Virus record (IMG/VR): IMGVR_UViG_3300042197_003319
Span: 1 to 64,000 of that record
Source of the DNA: a virus
Reading direction: 5' to 3' (one strand)
DNA length: 64,000 bases
The notes under the pieces are model-generated. The model made no database searches. It saw only the letters and a list, made by a program, of their open reading frames with translations, and had not been told where the DNA came from. This document shows positions 59,001-64,000 of this stretch, in pieces. How positions within the stretch are numbered: the first letter of the stretch is position 1; the number at the start of each line of letters is the position of its first letter. Position numbers and translations under genes: made by a program.

Positions 59001-62000
59001 CTCAATGTCCTTAATGGAGTTCTTGGAATAAGCATCGTACGTGTAAAAGAACACGCGGTTCTTCGGGATGTTGGCCGAGGCCAACTGGCTTTTTAGGCCG
59101 CCCGTGGAAGCGTTGATTAGCTCGTTGCTTTCCGTGATAACGATGACTTTCCCGTACGGCTCGTTGCGCGCAGCAGCTTTCATGTCTGCGATCACACGGG
59201 CAGCCGCCTGCCCCGACCTGGTCTTCCCCAGGCCTGCGTCGTCCGCCAACAGTGCCGCCTCCCGCCCAACCTTGTAGGCGTTCACAATCAGGTTGGCCGC
59301 TTCCCTTTGGTGCGGAAGCATCAGGTAACGGTTCGGGACCACGTTTGGGACAGCCGGGTTTGCGTCCGAGATAACCTTCAATGCCGGCTCTTTGATGCCA
59401 ACCCCCGGCTGCTTGGACGCAAGGATTGCCTGCATGAGCTGGATCGCTTTGTTTGCCGCCCCCTGTCTTGGGGACATATCAAGCTGGTCCTGGATTTCGG
59501 CGACCTCGACGTTGGTCAGGAAGCCCGACTCGTACAGCTCTTCCAGCAAATCCCTGGCCAGAGCCTGCGATTCCCGGTCAAAGGCGGTGAGCTGTGGCTT
59601 ACCTTTCGTTTCCGAAAGAACCCTGAATGTCTTTTGCGGACCCTGGATTATCTCGGGCAGCTGCCCGGTTTTTTGGTAAGCTTCAAGGTCTTTGTTGTAT
59701 TTTTCTTTTACAAAAGCCACCATCCCGTCGATCATTTTTGGAAGGCTCTTGGCCAGCTCTCCGGTGCTCGTCTTGTACCCCATCGAGTTAAGAACACCTG
59801 CTATCTCTGATAGCTTTGTGGTGTTCTTCGCAAACTCTTTCGGGTCTTGGTTTTTCCTTGAGGCTTCGTTAAGCGCAGCCCCGAGCAGGTACTTCTGGCC
59901 AGGGTCCTCGACCGAGGCGAAGTATGCGTTTTTGGCGTTCTTCCGAAGATCACTGCGGACATCTTCGTCACTGGCCTGAACCGTGGGGGAGGCAATCACA
60001 TCCTCAAGCGTCTCGTCTCCTGAGTCGTCTCCCAGGCTTTTCTGGAGACTTACGGCGGACTCTAACCCTATTTTCCCGCCAAGCCTCCGGCCAAGCTTCC
60101 TGGAGTAGTCTTCCACCACGGAACGGAAGATCCTGTTTTTCGAAATTCCAGGTACGTCCTGGGTCTGGAAGAGTTCGTTGGCTTCTTTGTCCGTTACACC
60201 GGAGGTCTTGTTTTTACGGACATCGTACTTGCGGCGCAGCTGTCTCCAGTAGCGCATCCGAGCCGCGTTGGCCAAACGGGTTTCGTCAACGGTGAGGTTG
60301 GGGTTATCGAGCTTGAACTTTGAGGCCTTTTCCCGGAATGCCCTTTCGGCCTCGGCAAGGTTTTGGGCCTCGTCGGGGGATTCCGGTAGTTTCTCAAGAG
60401 CAGCCAGATAGTCCGTGGACTCTTCGCTAAAAGAAATTTCGTTGCTGACCCTAGACCCCGGTTGCGAGACCTTGGGTAAACGTCTTACCGGCTCAGGCCG
60501 GTTTTGCTGCAGCCTTCCGTACCTTGCGTTCAGATCGGAAAGCGCCGTGGAGACGTTTACCGGCAGATCCACTTCTGCCTCCTCCGGAGGAGGCGTTCCT
60601 TTGGCGAGCTCCTTGGCTCTGTCGACCATCGGCCCTTTCGGCTTTTGCCACAATACCGCAATGGTGTTTTTGACCTCTCGGACAAAAGCGGCTTGGAGCT
60701 CTTCGTCGTCCGGCCATACCAGGTCGGCCTGCTTTAGGATCGGGATGATCTTGTCCGCAAATTCGGCGTAGGATAAGTCGGACGGAAATAGTTTGTCCCC
60801 GTCCTTGATTCGTCCGGCCTCAAGAAATTCCGGGCGCAGCTTGTTGAGATAGTATTCGGCGGAGTAATCCACACTCCTCTGCAGCTTGGGGTCGAGCTTG
60901 GGCGTGCCGGTACCGCTGAAACCCTTAAAGAGAAATTGTTGGGTTAGTTTGTTTTCGGGGACAAGGGTTGTGTAAGGTTTCTCATCCCCTGCCCGCTTGA
61001 AGTCCATCTCAAGTTGCGGGTCGACCGGAACCGTAGCCTGTGTGTCAGGGTCAACTTGTTTGCCGACGGGGAGTTCCTGGTCCACCGCCAAAGGTTTGTC
61101 GACAGTCGCCTGGGTGTCTGGCGTTCTAACTTTTCCGGCAGGGAGTTCCTGGTCCACCGCCAATGGCTGGTCGACAGTCGCCTTGGTGTCGACTTTGGCC
61201 GGACGTCCTGGCCTTGAGAAGTTAAGCTCGTCCGGAAGTCTCCCAGTCCCAGCGATCTCTTCCCCTTCTACTTGAGGAGTGACTGGCGCTTGACCTTGTT
61301 CAGCAGCCCCTGGCTGCACGTTTTCCCCAGGAGCGACTTCTTCTGGGGTTGTGGTTGCGGCTTCTTCTTTTTGTGTCGTTGATGGTTGCCCACTGGTTGT
61401 TCCCTCCGTTGGCATCAAAGAGCCAAGATCAAACGGCTCGTCTGTTTTTAAAATGTCCTCATCCGGCCTCTCGTATTCCGTCATCGGTTTGAGGGATTCG
61501 GCCACTTCCTGCTCAAGCCCGACTTCGGCCTGGGCCTGTGAGGTCAAAGGAGCGTTGGAAATCTCAGGTATATTCCCCGATCCTCTCCTCCTCAGCCTAA
61601 GCCCCAAGGCGTTGACGACTGCGCTGACCAAAACTCCGGAAGTTCCCCCAACCTTTGCCGACTGCAGGAGGTCTTCGGTTAACTCTTGGTTGGGGTTGTA
61701 TCCAATCTTCTCAAAGAAGTTCGAGGCCCATGTCTGGAAAGCTTCCTGGGAAAATTCTTCTGCCCCTTCCTTCGCCACCTCTTTCATGTAACCAATAAAA
61801 CCCCTTGAGAACTGACCTCCGGTGGAATCGTCCAGCTTGTCCACCCATTTGGCCATGGGGATCGCTTCGCTGGTTCCGAAAAGGGCGTTTAGCGCAGAGT
61901 ACTTCAGGGCCTGCTCGTCGCTTGCGCCCTCTGAGAGCGCTTTGGAAACAGACTGTCCCCCGGAAATTGTCGACCCGGTTATCATCGTTGTTTGGGTCCC

Positions 62001-62729
62001 AGTCAGGCCGAGTGTTCTTCCGGCAGGACCCGCAAGCAACATCCCGGAACTTTGCCCGACCGCCCCGGCAACCTGACCCGGCAAGGACTCCTGGGTTTCC
62101 TGGCTTACCGGGAAAGTACCCTCGACGTTTTGCTCGTATTTTCTGGCGAGCTGGTAACCCAGGGTTGACTCGACCGGGTAAGGTTTGCCCTGCGTGACAT
62201 AACCAAGCCCGCTGGTTAAAGCTCCGTAGGCGTCAGCAGCCCCTGAGATGTTGGAATAAAAACCCCGCATAAGAGCGTTCGGAAGTTCACCCGCCTTCCA
62301 GGATTCCGGCTCTTGCGGCTTCTCAAAGGACTGAAGTTCGAGCCTTGCGTCCTGGGGAAGGATTTCAGCGGATACCGGTTCCGTCTCCGTAATACCCTGG
62401 AGGTCTTCCTGTAACAGGTCTGCCAGGGACTTCTCTTGCTGGAGTTTGGGCTTAGGGAGAAACGGTGCGTCCAACTCGGTCGACGCCATTTCGATGGGGG
62501 ATGGCGGGTTGGAAAACATGGCGACCTGCTTGTTGTCACCGGCCACAAGGGTTTTGTTGAACTCGCCAAGCACCTGGTCGTTTTCAGACGTATCCGGCTC
62601 GGCCTTAAGAAACTCTACAAACTTTTTCTGTTCTTCCGTGAGCTCTATTTCCGGCTCCGGGTTGTCTACCTGCCCCTTATCGCCGGCCAGAAGTTCGGCC
62701 AGCGTCTTGTTCGGATCGAGAGGGTTCAC
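47004..62729 (-). CDS. giant (5241 aa) polyvalent internal virion protein: SF2 helicase, zincin-like, ParB-like, 2x LysM, degenerate GHKL, LPD38-like C-terminus
   Basis: ADDAGLGKT/DEAQ/TATP helicase; EEMAH zincin-like; ASH..R....GLP...GGNAR ParB-like; LADIAAKNGVSVQDLKKANNL and LLEIATKYGLT LysM; ELIQQA..DNNNGM GHKL; GKGP..WQPESIKVG C-terminal motif. Confidence 0.85.
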   Translation of the reverse strand: MNPLDPNKTLAELLAGDKGQVDNPEPEIELTEEQKKFVEFLKAEPDTSENDQVLGEFNKTLVAGDNKQVAMFSNPPSPIEMASTELDAPFLPKPKLQQEKSLADLLQEDLQGITETEPVSAEILPQDARLELQSFEKPQEPESWKAGELPNALMRGFYSNISGAADAYGALTSGLGYVTQGKPYPVESTLGYQLARKYEQNVEGTFPVSQETQESLPGQVAGAVGQSSGMLLAGPAGRTLGLTGTQTTMITGSTISGGQSVSKALSEGASDEQALKYSALNALFGTSEAIPMAKWVDKLDDSTGGQFSRGFIGYMKEVAKEGAEEFSQEAFQTWASNFFEKIGYNPNQELTEDLLQSAKVGGTSGVLVSAVVNALGLRLRRRGSGNIPEISNAPLTSQAQAEVGLEQEVAESLKPMTEYERPDEDILKTDEPFDLGSLMPTEGTTSGQPSTTQKEEAATTTPEEVAPGENVQPGAAEQGQAPVTPQVEGEEIAGTGRLPDELNFSRPGRPAKVDTKATVDQPLAVDQELPAGKVRTPDTQATVDKPLAVDQELPVGKQVDPDTQATVPVDPQLEMDFKRAGDEKPYTTLVPENKLTQQFLFKGFSGTGTPKLDPKLQRSVDYSAEYYLNKLRPEFLEAGRIKDGDKLFPSDLSYAEFADKIIPILKQADLVWPDDEELQAAFVREVKNTIAVLWQKPKGPMVDRAKELAKGTPPPEEAEVDLPVNVSTALSDLNARYGRLQQNRPEPVRRLPKVSQPGSRVSNEISFSEESTDYLAALEKLPESPDEAQNLAEAERAFREKASKFKLDNPNLTVDETRLANAARMRYWRQLRRKYDVRKNKTSGVTDKEANELFQTQDVPGISKNRIFRSVVEDYSRKLGRRLGGKIGLESAVSLQKSLGDDSGDETLEDVIASPTVQASDEDVRSDLRKNAKNAYFASVEDPGQKYLLGAALNEASRKNQDPKEFAKNTTKLSEIAGVLNSMGYKTSTGELAKSLPKMIDGMVAFVKEKYNKDLEAYQKTGQLPEIIQGPQKTFRVLSETKGKPQLTAFDRESQALARDLLEELYESGFLTNVEVAEIQDQLDMSPRQGAANKAIQLMQAILASKQPGVGIKEPALKVISDANPAVPNVVPNRYLMLPHQREAANLIVNAYKVGREAALLADDAGLGKTRSGQAAARVIADMKAAARNEPYGKVIVITESNELINASTGGLKSQLASANIPKNRVFFYTYDAYSKNSIKDIESADVILFDEAQNLKNTTAIRNQMARQTKAFKIFLTATPADRLSGALYFLPGILGKSETTVRSMLEISKNKEETIANLVESAATVGAYIRRVPEGINVQTSRVELNAGPQIKAQIEQIEGYYRRQISELTGDPSVIPTVEQQRKTLELEGVLKFKTEAWAEVNKAPYIFEMAMQDLRQGKQVVIFGEFVNEISFPEINFGKTPSMLEMLNDMFRKEGLQPAVIYGEGGAQMTSDINDFQVGLKRVALVTPMKGGAGLSLDDQTGTAPRVVYIATPNEAADKHDQILKRAGYRLSSMSEPVIKELVASDIWTDLERIRRRESKQGVLAATQGVLQQGDSNQPTLPFQGSTYVDGRPQIPKETGDGKVYAKDLQGEVRRQATVLRNGQLVDERFSSLSPYQQDVVDEFAKALSDLKFKNVKIIFGDRGDMAAWVSISSPDFNTVYIKPEVLLNNRDRISLNMRGRVGEAGRGYLLSTASEEMAHNATYAVVRTVAVQLYDRQIRSGELTAQEAYSRTMNYLTQKAFEEISPEALELLRKRYGRELDDKSATIEYIRFVLQKARLGYTTEDFIRPSEADEESLRQLLKGVPKDGYLAMWFKALRQAVFDILGRLGITVKDSPFLGSVLDATDNILFHLEKYGPNAPPKNNESITSLLKLVSTEEGPKVTLREGGSAVTAEPVDLSSVTRTITHATTLKKRNPGDIVDFGPEQKVRDASGQRHPFVYAWVKRSKVQASHMGSEKFFGANSRYTGRNTRNYSYDPAEKEKILKIQGPGFDPQQIVNEGAGSPNQGLPTLIFDKAVGEWMVVGGNAREQVLGYQFAKSPENVSAMLDLAKDMTARMGGEIPADLETGGYFLYRVMTEQVDTSTQEGSERLDYLVKVMNAEGGSELTHLQKADQDYDAVAKSETKRKKLRSLAVDLHNLTREGAQTFIKQLVEENVIDRDSRAALLSSAAGSQPVEYLQYMILREFLQPMDRHLNAPKSTTPATEMVREVMDQGNAKNLYLSMAQCVASSEVLGEKESAQYKAFFSRLMNQMLSQKARNMSPYAAIKELASSSNVMDLLDEKGTATNKFPEIDANPEFRALVDFMSEKIGPTTKLENGKTKYTAKSATLFNVMMDELAAALSDNSRQGNAEDMFSVSPIQKAMEAVTFRVKEAQKPNQDLESKEWVSGTGTPRTREQIELEMKEIRRQIAEIKWEVVRKTLERDRQSIQKPVYYFGEEVYEEETDYASSNYNNPNTGLDDEEFYDGMDVDSAAEEILTEDYAGKYAYLSTQHGLYMGAQGFQITTDQQEKYGPNLANLEVFDSPEITDEVLEQRGFKSRWEYNRLLAALEAAGMENYFRFKKVLETIAKDEQWLEETIELAKTRKELRDFMQEIKKLSEPMVQTKALQDPVVNVLFGPFRKAIEVTKTNSRILSYEDEAVKKLVETNKHTKEILRFLNAIGDQEKTKEARELAEKAVAAYEQWLTTNVSIPEITGADADWDAGLKKWVSKKAKQELPPAPLDKAARRRLQMTMKLIDQKSIRSAVLTPSIPKRVNEYRVHLKNIEEDIRKQDQKILLINQEILSELQMGEENNPRAALAFKKRSELQAARQKILAEKAEVQDVFDRMLKTEYVSQIKVDDSQEGVLVTEQELNNLPPAIVAELKRRGMVPKFGQGAPVYKKTIEWTFPANYLGLANVEDKKISAEILYQETKEKGWSKAESGEWQLPVSYGGVGMILKYNSDKNVSGNFKIPIFTDGSYVPSLHAEYAASAYYTTKKAVTITRDQGTDSPTLMVTLPVEPDLSAIRRVEFKSEKETQSLKPATIIGMKPAGTPIIKSEPMVDERGNSMWEFQLHPEIADINAKRLLKEIAGKPNKRGGPRGEAMVMSMASAAAKINRSTGSIGAVNSRSKKIYIRARNADEAVMIAIQKLGEQGDIYYKGKWYGKDIATRTKKVDIEKTERPDNVAQSQIEVRKALRKQRIDLLMEAIEQGRATNSSFDYVVKREAEAYLAGRFEAGASINDQDIVKVGMMFGWVTYRKGEFNKQGLEKIQQLALLRNTPKSMSVVNRSKKISATGPMRSVTENMLFAGKSPQMDVPVEATEYVVPEGRKRTSDEVLADIAAKNGVSVQDLKKANNLTMGKVIVGSQLLIPGTTKSVEVPPFFEAPEQLTLLEIATKYGLTREEVAKHNNLPTDYQPKPGDVIKIPESPRTNNLMDLALKIIKERSHVTYPQMLYKDRAPTGVQLVSRNGEVAGTGSLYYDGEDAPGRVKVPLLVNKTLVENAIGQAKDYDLVNGLTELIQQAFKAGNAKTKVSVTVDKVNNRYTIIDNNNGMSAEELERFLFERFEHSDRLKLTPLDHVIATSGISISTNRGGVLTEVSLTPESLLDENNRYVNMYSHEDYGDATGVTKGTKIVIQPRTVLYFEGVPKIPGYHELNSLDLYKVDKTNSQKLEYSEIGRNAKTSFEINKRDKLSTKETVHPEPPVTGSEAKARRARPKFRFTWDLIDKGAIGFTTLNVSREGARGNVASQMIVAKYPFNGRVWQRSEFGLLVRELEKQEKAGTIKFVIRNDDVAGTGSPYRGEQGEREARGMKYFKKREGKERRQVFAGQLARDERLGNELRSATALGEFKYSVRTQPLRAEEMLALINRVGGAEQATRAILSPDLSVNDEELQAIRDGSTRHFDNIVILNSILIQQLEKAAKENPERANEIRAMQFALARKQADLGTSLAQGLRAFGAYSRIGVAGWMWFATNAKQVERLRQVGLFADDIAKAKMAGDQAINSALEKVFGKEEVSKLGGLIESTANNAIWAQLLLKAKRIASISSEWQRMSTNTLSDVLDQQIKTAKEMVELLKKTEDSAETRRQMSATVAEGTAALLQKGTASAKEVAKELGVSEGEVLENIEEAQDVLDESAQATTNEINNHLWNRFGTTMMSDEADEQVSGTGSPVKDVNKASRKIIENVLDGFLENFERALDAKDAENKAPKETAVGIIRRILRERVQLQGNGQLKLTRSKMSQEQRKLQSVRRFREAMNNWESLQTAVQMIYDSLKDSVDEGSYQLIVEAMQQAMDEPFTTADVRSYMTLPSFNFKEFVFNRRYLLTARKAEVLADLVAELKASGIEVKEDVLGRVLSKISDEMEKIAQTEIQRSIQLVFGKSENRATRAIRDNLHNVVKAALAGNLTEQVIYGYVAKKLKLDDENWMPSEQTKKTIEKLANEIANDPDGPDSRRAGRKTMDILDAIKKDSGVTVLEAFVGQFYTNILQGVKTITVNLLSPIGNALNLGAMLGVRVARDKNMSSVRVAMKAIPRAINNALVEAIDLLATGDSSGKTLAPGKTLSTRVSGRPLPELLGEGGVRINANSSFGRGVAKLAELWFGWNKRGIWPQIPISKSAWDKTFKLVRVGLKKVGAGTIRSPEYGDSAAIQVSPTGLGILISRLYNSLDLATTTFYSELAAALAASDVSRELAENYPDRDVPDAQGLLSSDLGSMLRTARQIAGTNERLPEGLEGPEIVRKLEREASEERVERLKPGTLEFRQQLYLSARRNRGLANPYWNRVWNRASEAERKTIDRMVGAVTDEAFFLGSVLAYTNKPMGVTGFLAKTLEGWSNDYLIAKLVQPFYGIVTSVYQTWLSWMGTGILKSMNPTIKVWGEGTRQKPSDMRAMELGGGIAGLGIMLAGLTAIIARTIDGDDDEKERFLDFSGKGPSDPAFRQALIDSGKWQPESIKVGNMWFKNPNWLPTFLLFKSLGYMRDYSKYEKPNQAKAGELAMQFSLAGLKSMLFGIVDVPFLSGVKTLADLGNLDSGSWDKKAVAFLMRTGGSMLFGNLLREADRKIFPEKTDNYSSIMAAGIGNIPFLRNFNHPMTNVLGEPMLSDGSELPKDGWDRAKQAFFNYGDIVMRYRDNPDPLWIELAKKRAWVTLPERQVRVRGVLLNEEQRDDWVMERAKVLRETLRDPEWLKELPERTSGDVQNEITRLTSRANKSADLLVLNKYELWQEASDKRQLKRELGPRNVD
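61000..61195 (-). repeat. about 2.5 tandem 24-aa (72-bp) coding repeats in the giant protein
   Basis: DTKATVDQPLAVDQELPAGKVRTP / DTQATVDKPLAVDQELPVGKQVDP / DTQATV. Confidence 0.8.
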
Positions 62730-63811
62730 CGGGGTTTACCGGTGTTAATCGAAAAGTCTTTGATATTAAGCAAAGACCCGTTGTACGAGATGGCGTCAGA
62801 GTATTGCGCCTGAGTCATCTGTCTGGTGCGGACCTGAGTCTCACCCGGAAGGGTATAGTTTACCGTGTAGGTAATCTCCCCGTCTTTCGGTAGAGTCGAG
62901 CTTTCCATCATCCTCAAAGCGTCTTCGTTTGAAAAAGCTCCTCTTTGGGCTTGGTTTCTCTTCGCCACCGATTCCAGATACTGCATCTTAAACTTCTCGG
63001 CATTCGCCTGCGCGTTCTCGTAAAGCTTTTGGTTGCCGCTTTGAGCCGCTTGGGCGGCCACTTTTTGATATTCAATCCACTGGGTTTTTGCGGCGTCAAC
63101 CTGGTCGTCCAGAGCCTTAAACTCCTGGGTTAGTTTTTTGTCGCGGTTAGTCTGGCTCAACTTTGCCATCTCAACCGTCATGTCCATTTGCTTGGCCATG
63201 TATGTCGGGTTTGAGCTGAGAGATTTTTTAGCAGCATATTGAGCCGAATCCGTTAAAGCCTTTGCGTGCTCAGCACCAAGTTGAGAGATGGGAATGCCAG
63301 CCTGAAGAAGTGCCCGAGCTTCGTCTGCGTACCCACGCTGAATCGGGTCAGCCCCAAGGGTCAGGGAGTATTCGGTAAGATTATTGATGTCTTGCAGACG
63401 GTTCTTTTGCCCGGCTGACGCTGACAAATAGTTGGCTTTCTGAATCCTAAAAGCTTCACGCTGGGCGTTGTTAAACCTTCCGATTGACTCCGGGTCTACC
63501 CCTTCGATCTGTACGTCCTGGTATGTTGCTGATTTAAGCCCCTCGTAGTCTTCGTTGATTGCAGCTGTTTGAAGCTTTTCAAACTGACTCTGGGCTCCGG
63601 TGGACCCGAGAGCAGTTGCCCTTTCCAAATCCATCGTGCGTTTGGTGTTTTGGATGGCAAGGCTCCGCATTTCCTGTTCCTGCTCAAAGGCTCTTTGGCG
63701 AAGACTAAGCTCTTGCTGGGCACGACCCTCACGCATGCCCATAAGGACATCGCTAAACGCTGTTTGGATAGCGTTGCCAGCCTGAATTCCAAATGCTTCG
63801 TATCCCGCCAT
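62726..63811 (-). CDS. putative internal virion (ejection) protein
   Basis: Ala/Gln-rich coiled coil immediately upstream of the giant gene; GTGA overlap. Confidence 0.6.
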   Translation of the reverse strand: MAGYEAFGIQAGNAIQTAFSDVLMGMREGRAQQELSLRQRAFEQEQEMRSLAIQNTKRTMDLERATALGSTGAQSQFEKLQTAAINEDYEGLKSATYQDVQIEGVDPESIGRFNNAQREAFRIQKANYLSASAGQKNRLQDINNLTEYSLTLGADPIQRGYADEARALLQAGIPISQLGAEHAKALTDSAQYAAKKSLSSNPTYMAKQMDMTVEMAKLSQTNRDKKLTQEFKALDDQVDAAKTQWIEYQKVAAQAAQSGNQKLYENAQANAEKFKMQYLESVAKRNQAQRGAFSNEDALRMMESSTLPKDGEITYTVNYTLPGETQVRTRQMTQAQYSDAISYNGSLLNIKDFSINTGKPR

Positions 63812-63815
63812 AACC

Positions 63816-64000
63816 TTAACCGATTGATCTCACGTTTGTCCGGTCAAAGAGCGAAGCCATATAGTAGTCGCTAAGTCCTCCGTACCCACCACGGTTCTGG
63901 TAGGCCGCGCTTAAACCTCCGAAACCAGCAGTAGCTCCCCCAAGCCCCTGGAAAATTCCAGCCATCCCCATCCCCTTTGCGCCACCATAAGAACCCATCA
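63816..64000 (-). CDS. 3' end of a Gly-rich internal virion protein (partial)
   Basis: GMGMAGIFQGLGGATAGFGG; frame enters from the window end. Confidence 0.55.
   Translation of the reverse strand, partial: MGSYGGAKGMGMAGIFQGLGGATAGFGGLSAAYQNRGGYGGLSDYYMASLFDRTNVRSIG

Noticed and set aside
1-64000. tRNA genes, alternative genetic code, single-subunit RNA polymerase
   Set aside because: No cloverleaf spotted by eye (tRNAscan not run); long ORFs are intact under the standard code; no T7/N4 RNAP motifs recognised, including in the giant protein.

Overview
The whole window is tailed-phage DNA with no host housekeeping genes. It looks like most of a temperate, podovirus-like genome cut open inside the tail/internal-virion module, because both ends are partial minus-strand structural ORFs. 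Layout: (1) 1-17.9 kb, minus strand: TerL, portal, scaffold, accessory virion genes, major capsid, lysis cassette, PD-(D/E)XK nuclease, tail nozzle-like gene, three tail-collar paralogues; (2) 18.1-30.7 kb, plus strand: candidate attP, tyrosine integrase, two RHH proteins, Xis-like HTH, RuvC-like, SF2 helicase, Cas4-like nuclease, SSB-like, family A DNA polymerase, primase-helicase; (3) 30.7-35.5 kb: second accessory cassette, candidate origin, small genes, 2OG-Fe(II) oxygenase, G-tract plus structured region, TerS-like gene; (4) 35.5-46.9 kb: early genes including rIIA/rIIB, HhH glycosylase-like, DUF932 and gp88-like; (5) 47-64 kb: a 5241-aa polyvalent virion protein and other internal virion proteins. 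The strongest novel signal is a recurrent [VIF][AS]GTG[STR][PL] motif, six copies encoded by different codons, lying in linkers of the giant protein and suggesting a proteolytically processed polyprotein. Other notable signals are a tandem-element structured leader upstream of the capsid gene, TCTTGAC box arrays at four loci, and a G-tract with a hairpin cluster next to TerS. All product calls come from motif recognition by eye; no searches were run.
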